Origin: Eledone cirrhosa
Lineage: Eukaryota
Direction: 5' to 3'
Length of the DNA: 64,000 bases
Assembly (NCBI GenBank): GCA_964016885.1
Contig: OZ024743.1
Location: 189,658,001-189,722,000 of the forward strand
Both the position numbers and the translations under genes were made by a program. Position 1 is the stretch's first letter. Every line of letters begins with the position of its first letter. This document shows positions 1 to 13,048 of the stretch, one piece after another. The notes under the pieces were generated by a model. The model searched no databases. It was not told the DNA's origin and worked only from the letters and a program-made list of their open reading frames with translations.

Positions 1-197
1 GTGTGCATGTGCGAAGGCTCGTCCGAAGTGCGCATGCACGAAGGGTGATCTGTACTGCGCATGCACAAGGCTGGTACATACTGGACACGTGCGAAGGCTG
101 GTCTATACTGCGCATGCGCAAATTCTGGTCTGTAGTGCGCGAAGGCTGGTCCATATTGCGCTTGCACGGAGGCTGGGCCGTACTGCTCATGCGCGAA
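1..197. repeat. ~27-bp GC-rich minisatellite (about 7.5 units, consensus CTGCGCATGCGCGAAGGCTGGTCCATA), probably continuing upstream of the window
   Basis: Units start at 1, 28, 55, 81, 108, 135, 156 and 183, with a recurring GCGCATGC..GAAGGCTGGTC core. Confidence 0.85.
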
Positions 198-355
198 TAT
201 ATATATATAGACACACATACACACCGCACACAAATTGTCTTCCGGGGTGAGTGAAGCTCTTATTAATACTCCCCGGATGAAGTAATTTGCAAATTCTTCG
301 TAATTCTTGAGATGCAATTATACATCTAACGTCACACTCTCTAGAATAGATATAT

Positions 356-860
356 TTGTGCCGTGGTGTGCCGTGGTGTGGTGTGGTGTTAGTGGTGTGG
401 TCTGTGTGTGTGTGTGTGTGTGTGTGAGAGATATATAGACAAGTAGGTTGACAGGTAGATAGATAGGTCGATAGATCTATACGTAGATATATAGGTAGGT
501 AGATAGAAAGATAGACGATAGTGTGGTTATCTGTATATGTGGCTGTATGTATGTGAAGATGTGGAAATAAGGAAAGGATAATTTACTACAGTACTAATGA
601 TTCAATCCACAGGTGTATATTCTTTTTACCATTGCATAAATACATAGACTCACTCACACACATATATATATATATATGTGTGTGGTCTGTTTATGTGTGT
701 ATGTGTGTGTATCTGTGTGTGTGTGCATAAGTGTTTATGTGTATATATGTATATGTGTGTGTGTATCTGTTTGCTTATGTGTGTGTGTGCATATGTGTGT
801 TACTGTATCTGTGTATGTGTGCATATGTGTGTACGTTTATGTCTGTGTGTGTGTCTCGTG
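356..860. repeat. (GT)n / (GATA)n-like / (GTAT)n microsatellite region
   Basis: Simple repeats visible directly; they explain the VC/YV-rich ORFs. Confidence 0.9.
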
Positions 861-1265
861 ATTGTAATGTTGAGAGTTTGAATCCCATCAGTGTGTTGTG
901 TTCTTGAGCAAGACACTTTATTTCGCCTTTCTTCTCTCCATTGAAGTAAAAAAAAAGTGTACTCTGCCAGTAAGTCGAAGAACCAATGTAGTCCCACCCT
1001 GAAACCTTCCGTTATACATGTCTCTGGAATGCTCAGACACTCTCACCTTAATTTCAAGCAATTCCATTTGAGAAACCTAGCTGGAAGAATCCTCGTCACA
1101 AACGATCATAAATATGAACACATAGACACACACACGTTTCAAATAGAATAAAGAGATCAATAAAATAAGTACTAGATTTTAAAATATATGTACTGGAATT
1201 GAGGTCACGAAAATCCTTTAATTGTGGTACCCCAGCATGGGCACAGTCTAACGTCTGAAACAGTG
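860..1265 (+). mobile_element. Degenerate tRNA-derived SINE fragments
   Basis: B-box-like GAGTTTGAATCC followed by TTCTTGAGCAAGACACTTTATTT, shared with SINE copies at 25.1, 28.6, 46.3, 51.6 and 54.7 kb. A second SINE-like 3' end (CCAGCATGGGCACAGTC..CTGAAACA) lies at 1.23-1.26 kb. Confidence 0.55.
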
Positions 1266-1267
1266 CA

Positions 1268-4200
1268 GGCCGGAGAATTGTTCTCCCTCCTTCAATGTAT
1301 GGTGCACCTCGCTTCTACAGTGAGTGCTTTCAGAATTCGATGACTGGTTTGGCACATGGGAAAGCCATCTTATTTCATCACGATAACAACTAACCCTAAC
1401 AGGGATGAAATAAAAAATAGTTTGCAACCTGGTGAAGAACCTAGAGACCGTCCTGATATTTGTGCAAGAGTCTTCAAGATCAAGTATGGCAGCCTCATGG
1501 ATGACTTACTGCAAAAATATCTCCTAGGAAAAGTTGTGGCTCATTCTACTACAATAGAGTGGTAGTAAACGAGGCCTCATTCATGTTCATATTCTGCTGA
1601 TAATGGCTGAGTATAGGAAGCCCAAAACTACTGATGCCATTGATCAGGTTGTGTACTGTGAGATTCCTGATAAAGCGACCAATCCAATTCTGCATAAGAT
1701 CATCACATCCTGCAACATTCATGGCCCATGTGGACAAGCCAATATGATGTGCTCATGTATGGAAGGGCTAGGACAACAACGCCATTGCCCAAAAATTTAT
1801 CCCAAGGCATTCAGACAAACCACATTTGTTGCCAAAAATTCCTTTCTGGAATATAGAAGAAGGGATAGACAGCATGGTGGTCACACCCATACAATCCAAC
1901 TTAAAGATCAAGAATTTACTGTTGATAATCGTTGGATTGTTCCATACAACCCTTTCCTCTTATTGAGATATCAGTGCCACATCAATTGTAAGGTTTCCAC
2001 AGTGTTAAGGCTGTTAAGTACTTATATAAGTACATCACAAAAGGATCAGACAAGATCACTTTCACTATTAAGGATGATCAAGGAAATTGTGTCCATGCCC
2101 AAAATGAGATTGAGACCTATATCAATGCACGGTACATTTCAGCCAGTTAAGCATTCTGGAGAATCTATAAATTTCCATTATATCATTGAAAACTGCCAGT
2201 TGAAAAAATGCCTTGCCATTTACCTGGGGAACAAATGGTCGTGTATGAGGGAGGGCAGGAAGAAAGTATTGTTTCTAGGGGACAGTCAATGACTAAGTTG
2301 ACGGAATATTTTCAACTGAATATCAGAGACCCACTAGCACAAAACATATTGTATATTGATATTCCTAAATATTTCCCTTGGACAAACAAAAAGTGGCAAA
2401 GAAGAAAAAAGAGACATCTGGATGGTGATCAACAATTTATGAGTGAATCTCTTGGACACATTCCAACAGTATCTCTCAGTAGACATTAATCTGAATTATA
2501 TTATCTCTGGATGATCCTACATCACAAGGCTAGGTCAACTTCATACAAAGATTTGAGGACAATTGAAGGAGTTGAATTTCCAACATTCCAAGAAGCATGC
2601 AGGAAACTTGGTCTGTTAGATGAAGATGGAGAAAAGACAACACTATGGAAGAGGCCTCATCCATTACGCTTGGTCCTCAGTTGTGAGAGATCTTCTGCAC
2701 CATTTTATTGTACAGCATGCCAAATGACCCTCTGCAGTTCTGAGAGAAATGGAAGAATTGTCTTGCAGAGGATATCATTCCTGAACTTCATGAGCAAGTC
2801 ATGTCCATGCAAACTGTGCAGATTGTTCTACAGAAAATCCAACAAAGACTTCAACATGATGGCTTGGACAATCATGCCAATAATGGACTTCCTCAGCCAG
2901 ACCCAACTATTGTTGCCATACCAGAAATCAACAGGGTTCTTATGGCAGAAACTAATTTCAATACACACCAACTGCAAGCAAACATAAATGAATTTCTGCC
3001 AACAATGAATCCTGAGCAACTGGTTATTTTTCACAAAGTAATCACCTCTGTAAATGAAAATGAAGGCATAATTTTCTGCTTGAATGAAAGTGCAGGTACA
3101 GGAAAGACCTATTTCATAAACATCCTATTGGATTACCTCCGATCTAAAAAAGAAATTGCACTTGCCACTGCCATATCTGGAATAGCAGTCACTTTGCTTC
3201 ACAACATTCCTCTCAATGTGACTGCTGAATCAACTTGCTTCTGACACAGGTAAACTTATGCAGCAAGTTGACTTGCTAATCATTGATGAGATAGGTATAG
3301 GACATAAGCATATCTTTGAATGCATTGACAGGAGCTTCAAAGATGTTCGAGATTGCAAAAAGCCATTTGGTGGTCTAACAGTATTAGTATCTGGTGACTG
3401 GAAGCAAATTCTTCCAGTTGTACGTCATGGTATTAGACCACAAATAGTTGAGGCAACCATCAAGAGATCCTATCTCTGGGACTATGTGGAAACCATGGAG
3501 ATGATAACCAATCAACGGTTAATTAATGCAGAGGATTCTTGATGTGGGAAATGGTAACATTCCAACTGTTTCAACTGTAGGTGCATTCACAATTCTTCTG
3601 CCAAATGAACTTTGTCTGGAATATGGTAATGTGTCTGGACTGTGTGATTTTGTGTATATAAATCTTACAAATAGAGCCATTATCACTCCAACAAATGATG
3701 CAGCAAGATTGGTGAATGAGTTCATGGTCAACAAGTTCCCTGTTCATGAAATAATCTACAGAATCTCTGATAATTGGATATTGCAGTGCATTATCTACTG
3801 TGAGTTCATCAACAAACTTACCCCATCAGGCTTCCCAACACACATACTTAAACTGAAGAAAGAATGAGAAATCTGATCATCTAAACGGGCATTGCAATGG
3901 GACATGCTACATCATCATCAGTTTACATAATCATGTAATTGAAGCTGAAGTGGCATTGGATCCCAATGCTGGAAGAAGGTTGCTAATCCCAAGGATACCA
4001 CATCTGTCTCAAGAGCTTGAGTTCCCTTTCACCTTTACTCGCAAGCAATTTCCTGTCAAACCAGCCTTTGCCCTTACATGCAACAAGGCACAAAGGCAGA
4101 CATTTGAAAAGATAGGTGTATATCTACCAACACAATTCTTCTCACATAGTCAGATGTATGTTGCATTATCACGAGTTACAAAAAAAGAAAATATAAAAAT

Positions 4201-4718
4201 ATTAAATGAAAGGGGCTGACAACTGTGTCTACAAAGAAATTCTACAGCGATGTGAAACAGCTATCACTCTCTTTTAGTTGAAATGCTTTTCAGTTACTTT
4301 TTAACTGCTAGAAAAGGGACACAAAAAAACTTAAGAAGTCTATATGTGAATACAGTAAAACAACAATAAAACAAAGGTCAACTCTTCATATTGGTAAATG
4401 TAATTCGTTCATTCATACCAGCAGCATCCATTTTCAAATTCACTGCTTGAAGCTTCCCATCGACATTCTCAAGTGAAGATTCATGAACATTTTCCGTTAA
4501 CAGTTTCATCACTTTTCCATCTCCATTATCGCCTTCTTTTTTAATGTATCATGGATTACCTTACTGATTACAGAAGTAAGTGCAACACAGTCTTTGTTCA
4601 ATTTATGTGCATATTGTCAATTTATGTATTATATCTATGTGCATATATATTTGTGTTTATCAATATACACACTATATATACTAGCAGAAAACCATCCGAA
4701 GGGCAGTTCTTCTGCTAG
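1268..4718 (+). mobile_element. 5'-truncated, decayed Helitron (Rep-HUH plus PIF1-type helicase) with intact 3' terminus
   Basis: Rep motifs GKPSYFITITTNP, RGLIHVHILL (HUH, ~1570), WIVPYNP and VKYLYKYITKG (~2010). Helicase motifs AGTGKT, LLIIDE, GDWKQILPV, RKQFPVKPAF and SQMYVALSRV. 3' hairpin ACTAGCAGAA..TTCTGCTAGT ending CTAG|T at 4718. Confidence 0.95.
1272..4253 (+). pseudogene. Helitron RepHel pseudogene with many frameshifts and stops
   Basis: ORF pieces 1356-1565, 1603-2292, 2208-2489, 2511-2987, 2801-3244, 3258-3542, 3526-3867 and 3950-4219 are collinear with a RepHel protein. Confidence 0.93.
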
Positions 4719-6412
4719 TTACAATAACTCCCGATGGAATTGAGGATCCAATGATATGATTTGTTCATTTTTAACCTTATCAGTTGTTTTCTAATCAGAA
4801 ATAGAATGTTTTGTATTTTAATTTGTGATTAACCAAAAGGTCTAAATTATTTTATCATTAACATAATTTTCTTTTTGACATTCGTATGAGACTATTTTCG
4901 TTCTCCCACAGTTTGTATCTAATTGAATTACTATTTTCTTTCTTTTATAAAAAGAATATATATATATATAATATATAATACCAAACCTTAACTAGATTCA
5001 AAACACACTTTATATTCAACATTAAATAATCACTTCTACCCCACCTACAATGGAAACTATTCTGCTCATAAAAATAGTAAAGTGGGTGTCATGTGATTGA
5101 TATAAAAGCTAATGAATTAATAACAGGAAAGGTTAGACCACATTCCGAATCAGAAATTTAAAGTACAAAGGTGTTAGTCTCACTGTAAGAAACTTTGGCA
5201 TTTAGTCACAGTTGCGATATGGCCATCATGTTCTGGTGCCTGATTGGCTAGATGACTGCTGGGTATGTTTTTATGGCTGAATGCCCTTCTGAATGCTAAC
5301 CACTTCTTAGCATGTACCAGTGCATTTTATCATGGCAGGATGGACTGAGCCTTTTTAATGTGGCCCTAGCACTACCACTATACAGTGTAAAATAATTTTA
5401 CTACACATCAGATGCTGGTTTTATCCCTACCAAGTCAATTCCTGCCAGTTTGAATGAAGGTCACCAGTAAAAAAACATCTAATTGCTACAGAACATGCCC
5501 AACGTGAAAGTCAAAATGGTCGGTATACCACTTTTGGCTGTATAATATTCAGTTCTACAAATTTAAAAAAAAAACTATTTCAGTTTTATTTAAATGGTCC
5601 ACAATACTTTCATCATCATCATCATCATTTAACGTCCATTTTCCACGCTAGCATGGGTTAGACAGGGTTTGTCTCATTAGAGGAAAGTTGGGTATCTTGC
5701 TCATATAGGACTGTTTTTGAAACAGAACTCCTCCAGTCTTCAGAAACACTAGCATTTGTGATTGAAATGGGCCTAGATTAGTCACATTAGAATATCCTGC
5801 ACTTTCAAATTTTCCACAAACACATAAAAGCTATAGGTAAATCTTTTTCTTTACTTCCCATGTCCCACCAGTTACATTTCACTTAGTTGTATTAATATAT
5901 CTTAGCAGTGTCACTTTATTGGAATATTCTGCAGCAGCACAAGATGTACTAAGCTTTTTGGATTTTTCTACACTCAGACCTCTTGATGAATCATTTGCAA
6001 CAACTGCTCTTTAATCTCTTTATTCTATTTAATCCTTTGTAAAACAATAAATGGATCGTTGCTTATGTTTTCACTTCATTTGAGACGACAAAGACTGATT
6101 CAATATTTCTTTACTGTTATGGAGTCATATATTTCTTCAATCAATTTATATGCAAATGTTTCCATGTGCAGTGGTGAAAAAACATGAGAGGTCATGAATG
6201 TTAACCAGCTATTAATACAAACATATCAAGCACTGGCGGATTGGCCTATCGAGCAACCGGGCAAATGCCAGAACGGCCGGTGTGCCAGAGGGCCGGTGCT
6301 GCTGCGAAAATTTTTAACAATATTTTGGTCACTGACACTGCAGCTTGCAGTGTGGCCGGCCTGCCTGCATGCCAAAGAATGTTAGTACTATGTTGTATAG
6401 CATGGTCATTGG

Positions 6413-9400
6413 CAGGGCCGGCGCTACTGTTAGGTGAACTAGGCGCTTGCCTAGGGCGCAAAAAAATACTACAACTTTAAAAATACTACAAATGAAAAAC
6501 GTGTTATGATATAATAATTATTAAAAAGTTATTTACAATAGTTATTTTTATTAAAAATTACAATAATAACTTATTTTGTTTTAATGTGTAGCGTACATAA
6601 ATTCCCATCGAATTCGTAGAAACTGAATGCTTTCGAATTCTCAGAAAAAGGTAGCGTACATAAATTCTCCCTCGAATTTGTAGAAACTGACTACTTGCGA
6701 ATTCTCGGAATATTGGTTGCTGCTGATTTTCACACTGATTGACCTTACTGACAAACTGACCAGGCGCGGATCTTCAATGCAACAGAAAGTCTTAACACTG
6801 GAAGACACGCATATTAGTCGTCCCCAACATGTATTTCGTTCAACAGATAGTTCTCAAACGAGAACACGGGATAATCTGTTGTCCTCACCGAACGACTTGG
6901 TTTCGACTATAACCCAACAAATCTCTATGTAACATTCATACAGAAAATACGTCGTTTACAAACTGTCAACAACTAACCAAGGTAATCTTGTATCCTACGC
7001 ATACACCTTATAAACTTTGCCACACAAATATGTATTTCTTTGATGACATCTGTAAACACACTTGGAGATACAATAAATATATGTTCAAAAATACTTTGAC
7101 TAAATTTTGTTGTTCCAATACAATTAACGTTTAACACAGCCTAAAGCCTTCTGATACTATTTCTAATTTGGAGTCAAACAAGATAGTAAAATAACCAAAA
7201 CCACGCATTTTCTATACTGGCTAATATACTATATTGGATGTTATGGTTCATTCACTACAATGGCAATTTTCTATAAATGTATTGATATGTGAAATGAACT
7301 TTTAAAAGTTCATGGCTTAATAATAATTTGTTAAAAAATAATTCTTTTTTTCAGATGATATAAATAATTCATTTAGGGATGAGGATAGGAATAAGGACAA
7401 GTTATTTTTTAGTATATCATATTGCACTAAACTATTATTATTTTAGCATGGCAGACAGTAAACGACCATCTGGTGCTCAGTATCGCAAACGCAAACTTGA
7501 AAATGAAAGGGAACTTGCAAAGCAAAAAGGATCATTTCTAAAATACCTTTGCAAAGGGAGAGAGACTGAAGGTGATGATGATGAAAATAACTCTATTTCT
7601 GTTTCTATTGATGAATTCTATGATGTAAGTATCATACAGCCAGGAAATGAAGATATCTTTGATGAAAGACATGAAAATTCAGAAACAGAGTGTAAGGATG
7701 ATGGATCAATCGAAAATGAAGTTTTAAATCTAAGTTACAGTGATCCTGCCACCTGGCAAAAAAAGTGTAATGATAATGTTAGAAGGCTACTAGTTCAACA
7801 TGGACCCGGAACAAGTTAAAAATATAAAGTTTCCTAAAGATAAGAATCGGAGAAAATTTTTAAACATTCATTATACTAGAAAGTTAATTAATGGTGAAGA
7901 AATTAATCGTAATTAGTTACAATATTCAGTATTACAAGACTGTGTTCTGCTTTTGCTGTAAATTGTTTAGTAAAAAACAATAGCTAGTCTATCAACTCTT
8001 GCAGTACATGGATCTGCAGATTGGAAAAATATGTCAGCTATACTATCATCTCATGAAAAATCAACTGAACATTTTGAAAACTTTAATAACTGGAAAGAAT
8101 TGGATTTGCGATTAAACAGAAATGCAACAATTGATGAGGAAAATGCTCATCTAATAAAACAAGAAGAACAATATTGGAGACATATTTTAGAACGTTTATT
8201 AACTTTAGTTCGGACACTTGGTGGACAAAATTTAGCCTTCCGAGGATCTGTTGATAAACTGTTTACTGCTGGAAATGGAAACTTTCTTAAGTTTGTAGAA
8301 TATCTTGCTCTGTTTGATCCAATAATGAAAGAACACTTGAGAAGAATTAGAGATAATGAAACCCATATACATTACCTTGGTAAAGACATGCAAAATGAAC
8401 TGATACAGCTATTGTCAAATGCTATTATACATGAAATAGTAAAGTCCTGTCAATCAGCTAAATATTTTTCAATTATACTGGACTGTACTCCAGATGTAAG
8501 TCACACAGTACAAATGACATTGGTAATAAGATTCATTGATATGCGAATGAATGAAGTCAAGATTCGTGAACATTTTTTGACATTTATTAAACTGAAAGAA
8601 ACTACTGGTGCATTTATGTCTGAATGTCTTCTACAAAAATTGGAAGAACTCGGGTTACCTATAGTAAATATATGTGGACAAGGCTATGATAATGGGAGCA
8701 ACATGAAAGACAAACATAGTGGAATTCAAAAAAGGAATTCTAGACCTTAATCCTGGTGCCTTCTTTGTTCCTTGCAGTAGCCATTCACTAAATTTAGTTG
8801 TGAATGATGCAGCAAAATGTTGTCTAGAGGCCACTCATTTCTTTGATATATTGCAACGTATTTATGTGTTTTTTTCAAGCGCAACCTATCGTTGGGAAGT
8901 TTTGATGAAACGTGCCAACTCTAACAGTAAAACACGATGGGAGAGTCGTATTGACGCATTGAAGCCTCTGCGTTACCAGCTTGGCCCCGTGTGTGATGCA
9001 CTAACTGAACTAGCTGATGATATTAATCTCAATGGATCATCTGGTAATACAACACAATGTGATGCTGAAGCCCTAGCAAATGTTATATCAAATTATAAAT
9101 TTATTGCTTGCCTTGTTTGGTACAATAGTTTATTTGAAATTAATATACCAAGTAAATTACTGCAAGAAAAAGACTTTGATATTCAGGCTGCACTTCAGCA
9201 GTTAAAACAAACAAAATCATTTCTTGAAAATAGCAGAACAGATGAAGTATTTCAAAGAAATTTGGTTGATGCTTCAGAGATAGCAAGAGAACTTGAAGTT
9301 CCATCGGAAGTCGAAAATGAAAAACAAATAGAAGAAAAAAAAGACAGTTTTAATATGAAAGAATAGATGAACCAATTCAGGATCCGAAAGAAAAGTTCAA

Positions 9401-10075
9401 GATAGTTTTATTTTACTATATTGGACACAACAATTCAATCTATTAAAGAAAGATTTGAGCAGATGAATTTAATCAGTGAACTTTTTGGATTCCTTTATGA
9501 TTTGAAGGCACTGCAAAATAAGACAACAGAAAACATGAGTTATGGCTTGAAGCTTGAGTCTGCATTGAAATCGGGTGAATCAAAAGATATAGATGCAATA
9601 GATCTATGTAATGAACTCCAAGCCATTGCACGTTGTATACCAAAGAATGTGAATCCACAAGCTTTGCTTCAGTATATTTGTGAGCAAAAACTTGTTGATA
9701 GTGGCCCTAATACAGTGGTTGTCTTGAGAATACTGTTGACATTACCAGTAACAGTGGCCAGTGGTGAGCGCAGCTTCTCTAAACTTAAGCTGATTAAGAC
9801 GTATTTACGATCCTCTCTGGTACAAATTAGACTTACAGGACTGGCATTAATATCAATAGAAAATGAAATAGCTCATCAACTCAACATGGAGGATATTATA
9901 TCTCTGTTTTCGAAATTAAAAGCACGCAAAGTTCACATTAAATTCAATTAGTTTTGTCTTTATATTTAGTTTTAAAAGTAAATTTCGTTTTAATTAAATT
10001 TTTATTTAAACTTAATATTAGGGGCGCAAATTTGTGTCTATGCCTATAGTGAAATAATAGCTTGCGCCGGCCCTG
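6413..10075 (+). mobile_element. Inner hAT DNA transposon (Tip100/ZMYM1-like group), full length
   Basis: Perfect 12-bp TIR CAGGGCCGGCGC (6413-6424) / GCGCCGGCCCTG (10064-10075). Perfect 8-bp TSD GTCATTGG (6405-6412 and 10076-10083). Confidence 0.97.
7448..9951 (+). pseudogene. hAT transposase pseudogene of the inner element (TTF-type zinc finger, DUF4371-like, DDE, hATC dimerization)
   Basis: Motifs LAFRG, GNFL, ILDCTPDVSH, GQGYDNGSNM, CSSHSLNLV, TRWESR and TVASGERSFSKLKLIKTYLRS, split over about five frames. Confidence 0.93.
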
Positions 10076-10317
10076 GTCATTGGTCATGTCATTGATGAAG
10101 TGAAGCAAGCTTTGCCTGCCTGTCGGCTTGTTATTGTTAATCGATTTTATTCTCACTACCCTCATCTGCTTGTCGCTTGCTTTCATATAATATAAACACG
10201 GCCGCTGGCTATCGACGTGATTTTTTAGTCTTGAGTTTTTGTCATGACAATAAGGTATGTAGGCCGAAATACTAACTTCATAATGCATAAAGGTGAATAG
10301 GTATTCCATTTCAGAAT

Positions 10318-13048
10318 ATGAAAAAACAAAAAGGAGCGAGAGAAGAAAAGAAAAGCTTTGGTAAGCAAGGCTGCAACTTCAGCAAACATTTTTAAGTTCT
10401 TTTCGAGTGAAGCACAAACCGGAGCTGCAGGTTCAGAAAGTGATAGCCAATCTGTAGCTGGAATTACGAGTGATACTAATACCCGACCTGGAGCTGTCAG
10501 TGCTACCAAAGCTGGAGCTGAAATTATGGTGAGCGATACCCAATTCGGAGCTCAAATTACTGACACTGTAATTAATACTCAAACTCAAGTTGGAATTACT
10601 GTGAATGATACTCAATCCGTAGTTGAAAATACTGCTGCGAGTGAGGAAAGAGAACAGTCTCTTGATGAGCGTTCGGTTGCAACTGTGGATTACTTTGCGG
10701 TGCCAAAAACTGCCAGTGACACAAAACGGTTTTTTGCTTACCATCCAGTTCAGCCAAGACAAATTTCAAAGACAAAAGCTAATGTCTTTGTGCGACAAAA
10801 TGGCACTGTTCGTAGTTGGTTGACATATTCGCAAAGATAGGAGGCTCTTTTCTGCACTGTGTGCTTAGCTTATTCCAAGGATACTGAACACAGTTCAGAA
10901 AGACTGGAGACATGTTCATCAGAGAATTGAGGAACATGAAAAATGCAGGTACCACAATGACTGTGCAGAAACTGATTTTATCACTGTCAATGAGAAGGAT
11001 GTCGGGGCTCAATTATTTGCTAAAGAGAGAAGCTTGCGCAAAGAAAAAATTCAGAACAACAGGGAAGTAATGCAACATGTAGACATTGTTAAAGTAATTG
11101 GAAAACGGGGTCTTAGCTACCATGGATCATCTTCTGAATCTGATTCAGCATATGGGTTAGATAATCCTATTCTTGATCACGGCACCTTCTTAGAACTTGT
11201 TTTGCTTCTCAATAAGTATGACATCCTCCTAAAAGATCATCTGGAAAAGGTGATCAAACAGAGTAAGAAAGCACATGACGCAGGCAGTAAAGGTCGTGGT
11301 AGCTCTTTGACTCTGATTTCAAAGACAACAGTTAATCTTGTCATTATGGTCATTTCTTCCCTGATTAAAAGTGTTATTGTTGATGAAGTTCGACAAGCTG
11401 GCATGTTTTCGGTTCAACTGGATACAACCCAAGATGTTTCAGTGAAAGACCAATGCTCCATAATTCTTCGAAACATCTTTGAAAATCAGATTTATGAAAG
11501 ACTAATCGCAGTTGTGAACACCTCGGATTCCACCGGAAAAGGGATGTGCGAACTGCTGAAAAAGACACTGGAGGAGAATAATATTAGTATTGGGAATTGC
11601 GTCTCAAATTCAACTGGTGGAGCGTTAAACATGCAAGGCATATATAATGGTTTTACAGCTTGGTTGACAAAAGAAGCTCCTGGACAGATTCATACATGGT
11701 GCTACACACATATACTAAATTTGGTCATACATGATGCTGCTTAGAATATTCTGGCTTCGTCATCACTATTTTCACTGATGAATCAAGTTGCTGTCTTTTT
11801 CCAAGAATCGTACAAACGCATGGATATTTGGGAGAATATCAGCAAAAATTCCAGAAAGAAGCATCTTCAGATCGGAGAAACAAGGTGGTGGGCTAAACAT
11901 GCTGCTATTTCCAAAGTATTTGGCTGTTTCACAAACGCTAACCCTGATAATAATCTTCACGTGGACGTAGTGCTAGCACTTTTGTCTATCGAAGAGAATG
12001 AACAAGCCCAGCCAGATATACGAGCAAAGGCCAGATCCCTCAACGATTCACTATTGAAGTATGAAACTGTTACGACAGCTTTTACGTATCTTAGAATATT
12101 TGAATTGACCACACCGTTGTCAAAGTATCTCCAGACTAGTGGCATGGATGTTCTTAAAGCACATCAGTTTGTAATGAGCACGATAACTGAAGTGCAAACA
12201 TACAGAGAGATGTAGAAGGGGTTCATCGTGCTGTGTCAGAATTTATTGACTGGACTTCCAAAAAACTGGAAGAACGTTCTGAAGCTGATGGGATTGAAAC
12301 TGTTTTGACGCCTCAAGACTCCTTTCCAGAAAAAAAGAGAATGCCAGGAGAAAATGGAAAAGACGAACCTATAGCCAACGCAATGGAAGATTTTACTATG
12401 ATTGTACATAATAAGATCACAGATCAAGTAGTCCAAAGCTTGAAATCGAGATTTGAATCGAATGGTTCAATTTACAGAGATATGGCATGTTTATCGCCAC
12501 TGAATTTCAGTGATATAGCCACCTGTCTGCCTCAGGATGCATTGGAAACATTAAGAAGCCTACTTCTTCGTTTTGAACCGAGTGCAACGAAAGAGAACTT
12601 ACAACTTGAATTGATTAATCTTGCAAAAAATTGGAGCAGTCTTCGCAAAGGACTTCCTGAAGAAAATGCCGCTGCCACTGCCAGACAATATGATGAATAT
12701 GAAGGTGATCAAGTGGTTTCAACGGTTTGTAAGCGTTGTAAAAATTGTGCAGTGTGCGTTTATCAGACTCTGCAGGCTGACAACCTTTTGACTGATGCGT
12801 ATGGACTAATAGGATTAGCTTATAAATTGATGCTGACTCTATCAACGATGCAAGTTGCCTGTGAACGTTCCTTCTCAACTTTGAAGTTTGTGAAGAACCG
12901 TCTAAGAAGTACACTAACTGAAAAGCATTTGGATGCTCTCATGCTCATGTGTGTAGAAAAAGATGTGCTTAGTCAGGTGGACTGCCAGGATGTTATTGAC
13001 AAAGTCACTGAAAACAGTGACCTACTTAAGAAAATCTTGACTTTTTAA
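10318..13048 (+). pseudogene. hAT transposase pseudogene of the outer element
   Basis: RSWLTYS..LFCTVC (TTF zinc finger), VQLDTTQDVS, CYTHILNLVI, ETRWWAK and QVACERSFSTLKFVKNRLRSTL. Stops and frameshifts at about 10840, 11744 and 12215. Confidence 0.92.

Noticed and set aside
1-197. CRISPR-like appearance of short regular repeats (also 34090-35420)
   Set aside because: Units are contiguous with no unique spacers, there are no cas genes and the context is eukaryotic.
240-300. Hairpins TCCGGGG..CCCCGGA and GAAG.AATTT/AAATTCTTC resembling a ribozyme
   Set aside because: No intact CUGANGA/GAAA core; the short stems could be chance.
7379-13048. Domesticated ZMYM1/ZNF862-like host genes
   Set aside because: Both ORF sets are frameshifted and bounded by TIRs and TSDs, so they are dead transposons.
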